Shown here: positions 10,324 through 19,839 of the stretch, one piece after another
How the letters are laid out: each line of letters starts with the position of its first letter
Position numbering within the stretch: the first letter of the stretch is position 1
Assembly: GCA_013815775.1 (NCBI GenBank)
Contig: JACDFN010000002.1
Location: 128,717-192,716, forward strand
DNA: 64,000 bases
Direction: 5' to 3'
DNA from: Candidatus Saccharimonadota bacterium
GTDB taxonomy: Bacteria > Patescibacteriota > Saccharimonadia > Saccharimonadales > UBA10212
Notes under the pieces: generated by a model
Database searches by the model: none
Told to the model about the DNA's origin: nothing
The model's input: only the letters and a program-made list of their open reading frames with translations
Made by a program: the position numbers and the translations under genes

Positions 10324-10857
10324 TTATTGACTAATATTAGTTGCTCTTGCGCTTAACACATTCATAACGCCTCTTACGTTTCCAGCTAGAACCCTTACAA
10401 AGCTACTGGCTGGAGCCGCAAAAGTACCAACTAGTTGTGCTCGAAGCTGTAGTTTGCTGGGTAAACTCGCCAAAGTCTTGATTTCATCTGGCTCTAACAT
10501 TCGACCATCAGCGGTAAGTGCTCCTACAAATTCAAGTTGAGGTTCAATCTTAGCGAAATTTGCCAAACTTTGGGCGGGTGCAACCTCATCTTGAGAATTA
10601 AACGCGTACAAAAGTTGACCCTGGATTATCCCAGTATCAAGATCTTTGTAGTTTTCATTTTTACTAATTGCTTTTTTAAATAACCGGTTTTTAATAACTC
10701 GAATTTGCGTTCCGTTATTCCGGCTATCATTGCGCAACTGTTGCATTGATTTAACAGATGTACCAGGGTAACGCGCAAAAACGGTCAATTTTGATTCAGC
10801 CAGCAGATCACTCGCTTCGGCAACTATTTCTTTCTTCTTATCTTTACTTAAAGCCAT
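10324..10857 (-). CDS. rplJ: 50S ribosomal protein L10
   Basis: RVIKNRL, LASLPSK; precedes rplL. Confidence 0.95.
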   Translation of the reverse strand: MALSKDKKKEIVAEASDLLAESKLTVFARYPGTSVKSMQQLRNDSRNNGTQIRVIKNRLFKKAISKNENYKDLDTGIIQGQLLYAFNSQDEVAPAQSLANFAKIEPQLEFVGALTADGRMLEPDEIKTLASLPSKLQLRAQLVGTFAAPASSFVRVLAGNVRGVMNVLSARATNISQ

Positions 10858-10925
10858 TAATTCTCCTTTCTTTTTTAGAGTATTTTTTACTTATTAGACT
10901 TCTTAGAAGTCGTTTACTATCCGCC

Positions 10926-10960
10926 AAAAATAAAAAAAATCTCTGGCTACTACAAAGATT
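10926..10960 (-). terminator. Attenuator-type terminator in the rplJ leader
   Basis: AATCTTTG-loop-CAGAGATT followed by a T run. Confidence 0.55.
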
Positions 10961-10990
10961 AATTAGTGATTTATCCTAAAATATTCACAG

Positions 10991-11040
10991 CCTCGGTAGC
11001 AAAATTAAGTCACGTCACACGTGCCAGCTACTATCTTCGG
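10991..11040 (-). promoter_or_regulatory. L10 leader (rplJL autoregulatory RNA)
   Basis: CCGAAGATAGTAGC...TTAA...GCTACCGAGG matches the L10-leader pattern; promoter TTGCAT-17-TAATTT just upstream. Confidence 0.8.
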
Positions 11041-11082
11041 TAGTTACTTAATAAATTACCATATAAGGGGTTGGGATGCAAG

Positions 11083-13092
11083 TTATTTAAGAGGTTTTGC
11101 TGATGATATTTGGCGATAATTTCGTATATTTTTTTGTTTATTTGAGAGAACATCCGATGCCCCAACCGTAACCTTATCAAGTAAGTGTTCAGCGATTAAC
11201 GGGTGGGCTAATGCAAGCTGCTTATTCATTAGAGACATTAAAGACGAGTATGGCTGAGCTGCATTAATCTCTGGCTGCGAAGATTGCAAATCTTTTAGTG
11301 TCATGGAGAAAAGCCATCGCCGTTTATGTCCGAATAACGTGAAATACTCTAATATATCTTCTCTCCCCGCGCTTTGAACAGCGGAAAATAAACTAGAAAA
11401 TAACTCAAAAGACTCCATGAAAATATCATCAACCTTGGCGGCCGCTAGAAAGCCGGGTACATCATAGCCGTAGCGCGCGGTTAAGGGTTGGGACTGTAAG
11501 TCTTTAACATTATGCTGAGAGAAGAAGTGTTTCATGACTCCTTCATCTGCTAAAATGTCCCATCGATAGCGGAACTGGTCCAAGGCTTGATTGCGGGAAT
11601 TATCGAGGACTGACTTAAGGGCCCTTAATTTCTGCTCGTAAGACCATGTTTCAATTTCAGAAATAATCTCTGATCGTGATAAGTTTACTTTCGGGTATAT
11701 GCTATCGGCTAAAACTTCAAACTCATTTCGAGGCCACCAGGAAAGAAGTTGGACCGGTTCTGCAGTGACTATGCTTCGGGCTGTCACTAAGCCATCGATA
11801 AATAAAGATACATAATCATCAGTCTTGCTCGCACCTTTAGCTACCGGTCCGTCTAATAGTTTAAAAACATTCGGTCTTTGGCCATGGGCTGCTTGTCTTA
11901 ACTGTGAACAAAGCCACTTCACTTCATCTCGTGTATTAAATTTTAGGGAGTTGAGCATAGTGGCTATATCTAAACTTGAACCGCTAATTCGTAAAGTTAC
12001 TAGGGCACTCATAGGAGTAATTGAAAGAAGTACTGAGCTTATCGCTTCCTTATCAACTTTGGAATTTTTCAAAAGATGTTTTTTCAGCTCGCTACGTAGG
12101 AATGATAAACGTTCTAGGCTTTCTTTATTTAACCGATTAAGCGAAGAGCTAAGTCGAGGGAGCTTGTAATAACTTAATTCCGAATTATTCTGTTGAAGTT
12201 TTTGAGTCAATTTAATTCCTGGGAATCCTTGCAGTTGGCTTGCTGCGTATAGGCTAATATTGCTAAGTCTAAGCTCCAGGCTTTGCTCGTCTGGTTTACT
12301 GGGTATGTTGTCTTTAGGTGCTGAGATTACATGATCACTAAGCTTATCTAGGCGGATAACAGAGCCCTTACCTGTCTGTAATCGTCTAGGCGGTAGCAGG
12401 GGTTGCACGATTTGCCATATTTTATTGTTAATGTCTGGGACACTAAGAAGTTTATCAGCTTCAACGCAGTCCACAGCGTGAAAGTCTTTAGGAAAAAGTT
12501 GAGTTAAAAGATTATACGTTTTAACAGATTTACGTAGATGTTCAATGTCGGCTTCGTGTTCATCCCTCTTGCTGGTAGTATATTCACGGGTTACTTTCTG
12601 ACCGATTAATTGGTATGAAACTTCGGCAGGAACTTTTAAGAATATGTTTATACTTGGCCGGGGTATGCCCAGAAGGTTGTATTCCAGACTATCTTCCCAC
12701 AGAAAAAAACCTCTCTGCTCTACTTCATCTTGAAACTTAGCTCCTTGGTGAGCCATATTGGATCCGACGTAACGGTTTGACAAAACTACTTTTCCGGAAT
12801 CGATAGCACTACGAATTGCAGGAGCAGCCTCATATCGATCAAGAGCGTAGAACATGGAGGCTGTGTAAGGGCTAACTGAATTGGCTGGCCCGTAAACTCC
12901 GTTTAAGTACTGCTTAACGAAGTGACTAGAAGGCTGGTCATACCTTGGAAAATCAAAAACTTCTACATCATATCCCATAGCCTTCACACGCTCCGCCAGT
13001 AGTCTAAACTGAGTAGTTTTGCCAGAACCGTCCGCCCCTTCTAGAACTATAAACACCCCTTCTCCAGAAAAAATATTTTGTGCGTTGCTCAC
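11083..13092 (-). CDS. tmk: Thymidylate kinase fused to a degenerate ThyX-like region
   Basis: N-terminal LEGADGSGKTT, DRY and NRY; C-terminal PRNEF and QPLTARYGYDVP are ThyX-like but lack RHR. Confidence 0.8.
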   Translation of the reverse strand: MSNAQNIFSGEGVFIVLEGADGSGKTTQFRLLAERVKAMGYDVEVFDFPRYDQPSSHFVKQYLNGVYGPANSVSPYTASMFYALDRYEAAPAIRSAIDSGKVVLSNRYVGSNMAHQGAKFQDEVEQRGFFLWEDSLEYNLLGIPRPSINIFLKVPAEVSYQLIGQKVTREYTTSKRDEHEADIEHLRKSVKTYNLLTQLFPKDFHAVDCVEADKLLSVPDINNKIWQIVQPLLPPRRLQTGKGSVIRLDKLSDHVISAPKDNIPSKPDEQSLELRLSNISLYAASQLQGFPGIKLTQKLQQNNSELSYYKLPRLSSSLNRLNKESLERLSFLRSELKKHLLKNSKVDKEAISSVLLSITPMSALVTLRISGSSLDIATMLNSLKFNTRDEVKWLCSQLRQAAHGQRPNVFKLLDGPVAKGASKTDDYVSLFIDGLVTARSIVTAEPVQLLSWWPRNEFEVLADSIYPKVNLSRSEIISEIETWSYEQKLRALKSVLDNSRNQALDQFRYRWDILADEGVMKHFFSQHNVKDLQSQPLTARYGYDVPGFLAAAKVDDIFMESFELFSSLFSAVQSAGREDILEYFTLFGHKRRWLFSMTLKDLQSSQPEINAAQPYSSLMSLMNKQLALAHPLIAEHLLDKVTVGASDVLSNKQKNIRNYRQISSAKPLK

Positions 13093-13805
13093 TAATAACC
13101 CTCGATTCCTATAATCGGTTTAGGCATAGAGCGCTTGTCTTTGTAAGCTTTTGGTAGCATATGTTCCGGCCGCCAATTTCTGATTAGGCTATTTAAATTA
13201 GTACCAGTCTGATATTTACCACTGAAGCCTTGGTCCCTACCCTGCCCGTAACTTCCTTCGACTTCGCCTGTTTCATGAAAAATTATTTGAGCGATTCTTT
13301 CGCCGACGGGCAGAAGCATTAACTCGTTTTGATTAAGATTATAAATTTCTAGAGTCAACCTATTGATATATCCAGGATCAATCCATCCAGCATCAAAGCA
13401 CACTGCCAAACCGCTTCTTCCCCAGCTAGAGCGAGACTTGACCTCACATGCGCCAGGGGGTTTTATGCCAAAAAACTCGTGAGTATGCCCTAGGATTCGC
13501 TCTCCTGGTCGAATGGGAATAACCGGGTGATTTGCAGGAATACCGCTTAAAAGTTTGATACCGTTGTCGTCGCACCACTTTTTATGGGGTACAGCCTTAA
13601 GCGCGCCTTCGAAGTATCGTTTTACGTCCTTATTATCAAAGGGGTTATATACTGGATGATCCGCTGACCGCTCGGTTCTATAGTAGTAATGACCCAAAGT
13701 AACATCGAGGCTAGCATGCGACACATGCTTAGGTATAAAAGGCTCACATAATATATGTCCCGAGCTAAGTGCATCTCTTATTTGTTTGTTGCTAAACACT
13801 CCCAT
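13092..13805 (-). CDS. dcd: dCTP deaminase (possibly dUMP-forming bifunctional type)
   Basis: ASLDVTLG, SRSSWGRSGL, AGWIDPGY..LTLE, GERIAQIIF. Confidence 0.9.
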   Translation of the reverse strand: MGVFSNKQIRDALSSGHILCEPFIPKHVSHASLDVTLGHYYYRTERSADHPVYNPFDNKDVKRYFEGALKAVPHKKWCDDNGIKLLSGIPANHPVIPIRPGERILGHTHEFFGIKPPGACEVKSRSSWGRSGLAVCFDAGWIDPGYINRLTLEIYNLNQNELMLLPVGERIAQIIFHETGEVEGSYGQGRDQGFSGKYQTGTNLNSLIRNWRPEHMLPKAYKDKRSMPKPIIGIEGY

Positions 13806-13859
13806 TGGTGACCTACCCCTGTCTATTTAGTCTATTAACAATAATACTTACTAGCAAGC

Positions 13860-14834
13860 TTAAGGGTTTTCAGTTCGTATGCTTGGTCCCATGGTGCTAG
13901 TAATGTAAACGGTCTTAAAGTAGTTACCCTTCAGGCTACTGGGTTTTGCCGACTTTATACTAGAAAGAGCGGCTTGAGCATTTTGAACTAACTTATCGGA
14001 ACCAAAACTTGTCTTACCTATGCCCATATGTACAATGCCGGCGCTGTCAACGCGATACTCAACACGCCCCGCTTTAGCCTGTTTAACTGCCTTTTCAACG
14101 TCAGTAGTCACTGTTCCACTCTTTGGGTTAGGCATTAACCCTCTAGGGCCTAAAAAGCGTGCGTATTTACTAAGCCGAGGCATCATAGCTGGTGTAGCTA
14201 CTAAAATGTCAAAATCTATATCTTCCTTTTCCAGTTTAGCTTGAATTTTATCAGCTCCAGCTAGGTCTGCTCCTGCTTTGATAGCTTTTTGTTCATCGTC
14301 ACCTTCAACGAAAGCAACAATGCGTAGTGTTTTGCCTGTGCCAGCTGGTAAAACCACAATTTCACGAATATTTTGATCTGCTTGCTTAGGATCCACTCCG
14401 AGACTAACATGTAACTCTATTGTCGAATCGAAATTTGTTGTCGTAGTCTTAATTGCTAAGTCTATTGCCTCGGTCAGTGTGTAGGTCTTAGTCTTATCAA
14501 TTAGCTCAGAAGCTATTTTAAATTTTTTACCAGCTCGTTCAACTCGACTACGAGATGGTTGTTTAAATTTTTTAGGATTTTCCTCTTTACCTGTTTTGCG
14601 AGTTTCTTTTGCTAGCTTATCTTCAGTTTCTTTCACGGCTTTAGCGCTGCGCTTGCCCGCTTTAGCGGTGGCTTTGGGAATAGGCGGGTTGTCTTTCATA
14701 ACTTCTTCGGTCTGGAGCACCTCCACTTTATTTTCAGAACCATTTTTTGCGACCGACTTAGTATCAGTGGCCGGTTCCGGGGTTTTTTGTTTAGTAGCTT
14801 GTTCTCTTTTATTCGCTTTTTTGACTTCTGCCAT
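13860..14834 (-). CDS. rplA: 50S ribosomal protein L1 with ~95 aa charged N-terminal extension
   Basis: LGPRGLMPNPKSGTVT, STMGPS. Confidence 0.97.
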   Translation of the reverse strand: MAEVKKANKREQATKQKTPEPATDTKSVAKNGSENKVEVLQTEEVMKDNPPIPKATAKAGKRSAKAVKETEDKLAKETRKTGKEENPKKFKQPSRSRVERAGKKFKIASELIDKTKTYTLTEAIDLAIKTTTTNFDSTIELHVSLGVDPKQADQNIREIVVLPAGTGKTLRIVAFVEGDDEQKAIKAGADLAGADKIQAKLEKEDIDFDILVATPAMMPRLSKYARFLGPRGLMPNPKSGTVTTDVEKAVKQAKAGRVEYRVDSAGIVHMGIGKTSFGSDKLVQNAQAALSSIKSAKPSSLKGNYFKTVYITSTMGPSIRTENP

Positions 14835-14846
14835 AATTTACTCCCT

Positions 14847-14876
14847 AGTGGTGCTATCGGCTTAGCGCCTCCCACT
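14847..14876 (-). promoter_or_regulatory. Putative L1-binding autoregulatory hairpin before rplA
   Basis: AGTGGGAGGC...GCACCACT stem with GGAG internal loop directly 5' of the rplA SD. Confidence 0.6.
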
Positions 14877-14923
14877 TATTACTTATCTTTAATTAATTAA
14901 CTCAAGACTTTCCAGAGTAGTTT

Positions 14924-15352
14924 TTACTCGATTTCTATGCCCATACTTCGGGCTGTTCCGGCAACCATTTTTTTCACAGCCTCAATATCATCGGTGTTCA
15001 TGTCGTTGGCTTTAGCTTCTGCTATCTGGGTTAACTGAGTATCAGACAGTTTTTTATCTAATTTCAATTTATTGGGTTCTCCTGAGCCTTTATTAACATT
15101 GAGAGCTGAAAGTATTAACTCGTCCGTAGGGGTGCCAACAACACGCCACTTCATAGTCTTATCTTGATATATCGCTATATGAACAGTAAGCATTTGGCCT
15201 TGACGGTCTTTAGTTTCTTCATTGAATGGGTTCACAAAATCCATCATATTAACACCGTGCTGACCCAAGGTGCTTCCTACAGGCGGCGCCGCGCTGGCTT
15301 GCCCTCCTCGAATTTTCATTTTTAAGTTCGCTTTAACTATTTTTGTTGCCAT
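14924..15352 (-). CDS. rplK: 50S ribosomal protein L11
   Basis: APPVGSTLGQHG, GTARSMG. Confidence 0.95.
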   Translation of the reverse strand: MATKIVKANLKMKIRGGQASAAPPVGSTLGQHGVNMMDFVNPFNEETKDRQGQMLTVHIAIYQDKTMKWRVVGTPTDELILSALNVNKGSGEPNKLKLDKKLSDTQLTQIAEAKANDMNTDDIEAVKKMVAGTARSMGIEIE

Positions 15353-15355
15353 AAT

Positions 15356-15898
15356 TTAAACTCTCTTTACCTGTAGACCGTCTAACTCAACTGGAGTTTC
15401 GCGACCAAACATATTAACTAATACCTTTAACTTACCTTTTTGGGCATCAATTTCATTAATAGCTCCATCAAAACCCTTAAAAGGACCATCGATTATGTTA
15501 ACAACTTCGCCGACTCTATAATCAAATTTATGCTTCGGTTCTTCCCTGCCCATACGTTTCAAAATTTTGCCGATCTCATCTTCTGAGATGGGGGTTGGCT
15601 CTGCGCCTGTGCCCACAAAGCCTGTTACATTGGGAGTGTTGCGTACAATATACCAAGCATCTTCAGAAAGCATCATCTCTACTAATACATATCCTTGAAA
15701 AATTCGCTTTTCTACAACCTTGCGTTTACCGTTCTTGATTTCTATCATTTTTTCCTTAGGCACTAAAACTTGAAAAATCTTATCACCCATATCTAAAGAC
15801 TCAGCTCTTTGCCTTATGCTTTCTGCCACTTTTTCTTCATAGCCGCTATATGTGTGAATCGCGTACCATTGTTTGGATGAATCGTATCGTTTGCTCAT
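15356..15898 (-). CDS. nusG: Transcription factor NusG
   Basis: WYAIHTYSGYE, VRNTPNVTGFVG, KOW motif, MFGRETPVEL. Confidence 0.98.
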   Translation of the reverse strand: MSKRYDSSKQWYAIHTYSGYEEKVAESIRQRAESLDMGDKIFQVLVPKEKMIEIKNGKRKVVEKRIFQGYVLVEMMLSEDAWYIVRNTPNVTGFVGTGAEPTPISEDEIGKILKRMGREEPKHKFDYRVGEVVNIIDGPFKGFDGAINEIDAQKGKLKVLVNMFGRETPVELDGLQVKRV

Positions 15899-15921
15899 AA
15901 AATTTCCTTAGAATTTTCCTT

Positions 15922-16317
15922 TTACTTTAAAATTACGTTCTTAAAAATTGCCCCAAGTGCTTTGTCAACGACAGCTACCATAGATCCAAAAATTATTGCA
16001 AAAATAAACACCGCTCCGGTAAGTCGCCAGGTTTCTCTCCTGTTTGGCCAAGTGACTTGGTTGACTTCACGCCACGAATTAATCAGATAGCTCGGTATTA
16101 ATTTCCTAAGACCTCGACCTATAAAACCAGCAAGACCGTAGAGAGGATTCGTTAAACGATTTCGCGGAAGTTTAAGCCTAAGAAAAGGCCGTTTTACTAA
16201 CCTAGAAGTACGCTTTACCCGACTTTTTTTAGAACTATTCTCTTTACTCCGGGTTATTTCAGCCCTCTCGCGTATGGTTGGGGCACTCTTGCGTAATCGC
16301 GGTTTTTTTTCTGCCAC
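15922..16317 (-). CDS. secE: Preprotein translocase SecE (long basic N-terminus)
   Basis: EVNQVTWPNRRE followed by one TM. GTG at 16317 follows SD GGGAG, so it is preferred over 16338. Confidence 0.9.
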   Translation of the reverse strand: MAEKKPRLRKSAPTIRERAEITRSKENSSKKSRVKRTSRLVKRPFLRLKLPRNRLTNPLYGLAGFIGRGLRKLIPSYLINSWREVNQVTWPNRRETWRLTGAVFIFAIIFGSMVAVVDKALGAIFKNVILK

Positions 16318-16336
16318 TAAAAACTCTCCCTTATTC

Positions 16337-16404
16337 AAAAAACCTACTCATCGTTAGAGTAGGTCGTCAATGTCAATAGTACGTTATATCTATTCTTTAA
16401 GCAA
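16337..16404 (-). promoter_or_regulatory. secE-nusG promoter followed by a terminator-like hairpin
   Basis: TTGCTT-17-TACTAT (16404-16376), then ACCTACTC-7-GAGTAGGT-TTTTT. Confidence 0.55.
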
Positions 16405-16410
16405 GAAGAA

Positions 16411-17115
16411 TTATGAAACTTCAATTCTAGAATTATATATTTTAATTTCTTCCTGAAGATGTCGGGCTTGTGGGAGTGAATTAATTAAGTCGTTCCAGAA
16501 CTCGCGGCTATGATTCATGTGTCGAGTGTGTACTAATTCATGAAGTAAGACGTAGTCAATTAGCGGCCAAGGCAATTGAATTAAGAAGTAGCTTAGGTTA
16601 ATAACTTTAGCGTTAGAGCAGCTGCCCCATCTAGAAGTCAGCTTTCGAATTCTTACACCCCGGTAAGAATACCCTTTTTCTTGGGCCAGCGTTGCTAACC
16701 TTGCCGGCAGAAGGTCCACAGCTTCCTTAAGCAGGGCCCTTTGGCTGGCAGCTCCTGCTGCGCTTTGTACTAACTTATCACCAAAGGGGAGATCAGTATA
16801 TATTCTAACTTCGGTCTGCGTCACACGCGACGAGATCTTGGCTTTCCCTCGAGATGGGTAAAAACATAATCTATGTGCCTTTCCGATCCTAGCGCCATCA
16901 GACAATTGAACAAGAGGTCGTAATGCCTGCTGCTGAATAATCCACGCTTTACGCCTTTTTGCAAATGCGATGCCGGCAGCATATGGTGTCCAGCTGGGTA
17001 GCCCAATCCTCACCTGGCCACTGGGAGTGATGCTTAGGCGTATATATTTTGCACCTCGCCTTTTGGATAGATACACCTCGCCGATGTCGGGTAACATTAC
17101 GCTTCGATAGGCCAT
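16411..17115 (-). CDS. YgjP/DUF45 (SprT-like) zinc metalloprotease
   Basis: SRWGSCS, DYVLLHELVH, NHSREFW. Confidence 0.88.
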   Translation of the reverse strand: MAYRSVMLPDIGEVYLSKRRGAKYIRLSITPSGQVRIGLPSWTPYAAGIAFAKRRKAWIIQQQALRPLVQLSDGARIGKAHRLCFYPSRGKAKISSRVTQTEVRIYTDLPFGDKLVQSAAGAASQRALLKEAVDLLPARLATLAQEKGYSYRGVRIRKLTSRWGSCSNAKVINLSYFLIQLPWPLIDYVLLHELVHTRHMNHSREFWNDLINSLPQARHLQEEIKIYNSRIEVS

Positions 17116-17116
17116 C

Positions 17117-17776
17117 CTATCTAATAGTGATGTTTCGGCGACTCATATCTACCCTACCAGCATGGGGGTTAGGAACTAGGTTGATAAGCCCTGGTTTTGT
17201 AATAGACGATTGAACGTCTCCGCTTTCTATCAACCCAATTTGATAAAAACGATTTATAATAGCACTTTTTTGAGTAGCAAAGGTATGCTTACCGCTTATT
17301 ACTAAATAATCTTCGGACTGTGGGTTTTGCATACCGGCTACCTGTTTATCGAAAGTTTGACGGGTTTGAGGTTCTGCATAGCGGTCATCGTTAGTTCTTC
17401 GGTCCCGGCCCTGAGTTCGGGTAAAAGCACTATCTACATCAACTTGAAGCCATATTAAAACATACTCTGCCCTGTATTTGCGGGCTAACTCGCGCAGCTG
17501 CCTCCGCTGACCAACCCTAAGGGCATTTGTATCATAAACTACGCTTACTCCAGCGCTCATGAATTCTTCGCACATGTAATTCATTAAGTGACTAACGATG
17601 GCATTCTCTTGGGGGTCGTAGCGTGGATTCTCAAACAGTTCGGTTCTAATTCGGTCAGCACTAACATGAACTGATTGGATAACTTCAGCCAAATTGCGAG
17701 CGACGTAACTTTTTCCAGCCCCAGGGTAGCCGTATAAACAAATTAACACCGGTTTGCTCAGAACAATTTTGCTCAT
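17117..17776 (-). CDS. P-loop kinase (AAA_33-like)
   Basis: GYPGAGKS, SADRIR, VVYDTN. Confidence 0.75.
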   Translation of the reverse strand: MSKIVLSKPVLICLYGYPGAGKSYVARNLAEVIQSVHVSADRIRTELFENPRYDPQENAIVSHLMNYMCEEFMSAGVSVVYDTNALRVGQRRQLRELARKYRAEYVLIWLQVDVDSAFTRTQGRDRRTNDDRYAEPQTRQTFDKQVAGMQNPQSEDYLVISGKHTFATQKSAIINRFYQIGLIESGDVQSSITKPGLINLVPNPHAGRVDMSRRNITIR

Positions 17777-17999
17777 CTATTTGATACTACCACTGTAAAG
17801 CACTAACTTAAAGTGCTTGTGACTTTAACTACACGCTGCGCACTAGTGTTATGATTCCGCAGCCCCATACTATTATTTATCATAGAAGTTCGGTTTATTA
17901 AAAACACCTACCAAAAAATATTTTACAAATATTAAAATGACTTGGATTTAAAAATTGGGCATTTGAACAAAATTACTAAAAATCTAGCTATCTATATAT

Positions 18000-18075
18000 T
18001 GGCAGGGGAGACAGGGCTTGAACCTGCGACCTGCGGTTTTGGAGACCGCCACTCTACCAGCTGAGCTACTCCCCT
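18000..18075 (-). tRNA. tRNA-Trp(CCA)
   Basis: Cloverleaf with anticodon arm GCGGT-CTCCAAA-ACCGC and encoded CCA end. Confidence 0.97.
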
Positions 18076-18134
18076 TCAATAATCTATTATCCCGTTAGGG
18101 ACACTTTCAAAATACCAAAAAAACAGACGAAGTG

Positions 18135-18329
18135 CTATTTGACTACGTTTCGACCCAAGTTTTTTTTAGTTTCAAGTTGCTTGGAATTAACACGCTTTAC
18201 CGGACAATATTTTTTTAATTCGATCTTATCAGGGGTGTTCTGAGAATTTTTAGTACTGTAATAATGCCGCTGCCCGCAAGCATCACACACGAGACCAATT
18301 ATTTTTCGTTTTTCACCTTTTTTAGCCAT
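18135..18329 (-). CDS. rpmG: 50S ribosomal protein L33
   Basis: [19 protein letters not shown]; promoter TTGCTT-17-TATAAT at 18390-18362. Confidence 0.93.
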   Translation of the reverse strand: MAKKGEKRKIIGLVCDACGQRHYYSTKNSQNTPDKIELKKYCPVKRVNSKQLETKKNLGRNVVK

Positions 18330-18403
18330 AAAAAATACCCTTCGGGTTTTATCAAGAAGTAATTATAACAGATAAGAAAGGGGTAAGCAACGCCGTAAAT
18401 AGA

Positions 18404-18478
18404 AGAACTCTGCGTCTTCACACTCCCGCAGAGTTCTATACTTGAGGCCTAAAAATCATTCGGGCCACCTCACAAGTA
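18404..18478. other. Two adjacent strong hairpins (candidate sRNA or terminator)
   Basis: Perfect 11 bp stem AGAACTCTGCG/CGCAGAGTTCT plus TACTTGAGG/CCTCACAAGTA stem. Confidence 0.4.
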
Positions 18479-18586
18479 CAACCCTATTACACACCATTAT
18501 CATGCAAGTCTCTGTATTTTATCTCACGCGCAAAATGTGAGAAATATCTCTTGATTTTACTTATCTTTATTCTATCGTAATAAAGG

Positions 18587-18661
18587 TGGAGCCGTTGACG
18601 AGGATTGAACTCGTGACCCCCTCCTTACCATGGAGGTGCTCTACCACTGAGCTACAACGGC
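18587..18661 (-). tRNA. tRNA-Thr(GGT)
   Basis: Anticodon arm CCTCC-ATGGTAA-GGAGG; CCA end. Confidence 0.97.
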
Positions 18662-18696
18662 ACTCTGGTCATTTTACCAAATAATTAGTGCAGTAC

Positions 18697-19719
18697 TCAT
18701 TCGTCTACTAAGGACGTTACTTGTTTAATTGCGTCCTTTGTAGTCTTAGCTGTTAATTTAGCTCCAGCTGCAGGTTTGTGTCCGCCACCTCCCAATTGCC
18801 TGGCAACCTCCGCGACGTCTTTAACCCCAACGAGTGATCGAAATGAAACTCCGTAATAACCTTCACCGCCGACTGAATCCGGATATACTAAAAACCCCCA
18901 TTTATTATTTTCGAAATTACGGATGAACTGATTACCGAATAATTCACAGGCCTTTTTTAGATCAAGATGGGACTTTTTTGCTTTACGCCATTCCTCAGCA
19001 AACTCATCGGTGATAAAGGTGTAACTGTAGCCCTTACCACTACTTTTCATATTGCTTGCTAGGTGGCTCAGCGCTTCCAGTTCGTTTTTATTGTAGCTTT
19101 CTAATTCATTCTCCAGTTTTTCAATACTGGCTCCAGCATCAAGTAGTTCGCTTACAACTCGGAAGGTCTCCCTATATCCGGGATGATCAAACTTATGTCT
19201 CTGGGTATCGCTGATTATACCGAGTAAAGCAGTCTGGGCGTATCCCTTAGGCTTATTAAGTTTTAAGTCGTCAAAACACAGGACGTAAACCTCTTCGGCT
19301 GTAGCTGGCCTCTTGTTATTAATATAAACGTCTACTATATCCTTCCCTTCAGCTTCGTGATGATCTATAACGATGGTTTTAACATTATGCTGCTGAACGA
19401 AACCTTTAACCTGATCAGAATCGTTGCGGGACACCCTCTTGAAGGCCCCAGCATCTAGTAAGATTAAAAGATCTGGTCTAATTTTTTCTAGACTATCCGT
19501 TAAGGGCTGAAATTTTATTTGCACATATCCAGCTAGAAAGCTAAGATCTTGCGTAGGCTCTTCTTCTAGAATAATTTTAATTACTTTTTCTGGATAATTT
19601 TGCTGAAGAGTTGTAGCCAGTAGTAGGGCCGAACTAACCGCGTCAGGGTCAGGCGAGATATGTGAAGTTATTAAAACAGTCTGAGATGATAGAAGTAATT
19701 TCAAAAATTTTTTTTGCAT
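18697..19719 (-). CDS. DHH/DHHA1 phosphoesterase, second paralog
   Basis: HISPDPDA, IDHH, GIISDT, GGGGHKPAAG. Confidence 0.88.
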   Translation of the reverse strand: MQKKFLKLLLSSQTVLITSHISPDPDAVSSALLLATTLQQNYPEKVIKIILEEEPTQDLSFLAGYVQIKFQPLTDSLEKIRPDLLILLDAGAFKRVSRNDSDQVKGFVQQHNVKTIVIDHHEAEGKDIVDVYINNKRPATAEEVYVLCFDDLKLNKPKGYAQTALLGIISDTQRHKFDHPGYRETFRVVSELLDAGASIEKLENELESYNKNELEALSHLASNMKSSGKGYSYTFITDEFAEEWRKAKKSHLDLKKACELFGNQFIRNFENNKWGFLVYPDSVGGEGYYGVSFRSLVGVKDVAEVARQLGGGGHKPAAGAKLTAKTTKDAIKQVTSLVDE

Positions 19720-19839
19720 AAAGTCTAGATTAGTTTTGGATAAAAATAAAAATTTGACAATCTTAGTGATTAGTTTAGGGATTAAGTTAGCCTAAATCAA
19801 TTAATTTAATCGTTTTAAACAAACGCAAATTATCTAACA

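Noticed and set aside
17798..17818. Palindrome AAGCACT-N7-AGTGCTT resembling CIRCE upstream of the kinase gene
   Set aside because: Spacing between the AGCACT cores is 7, not the 11 required for CIRCE. It may be another operator but there is no further support.
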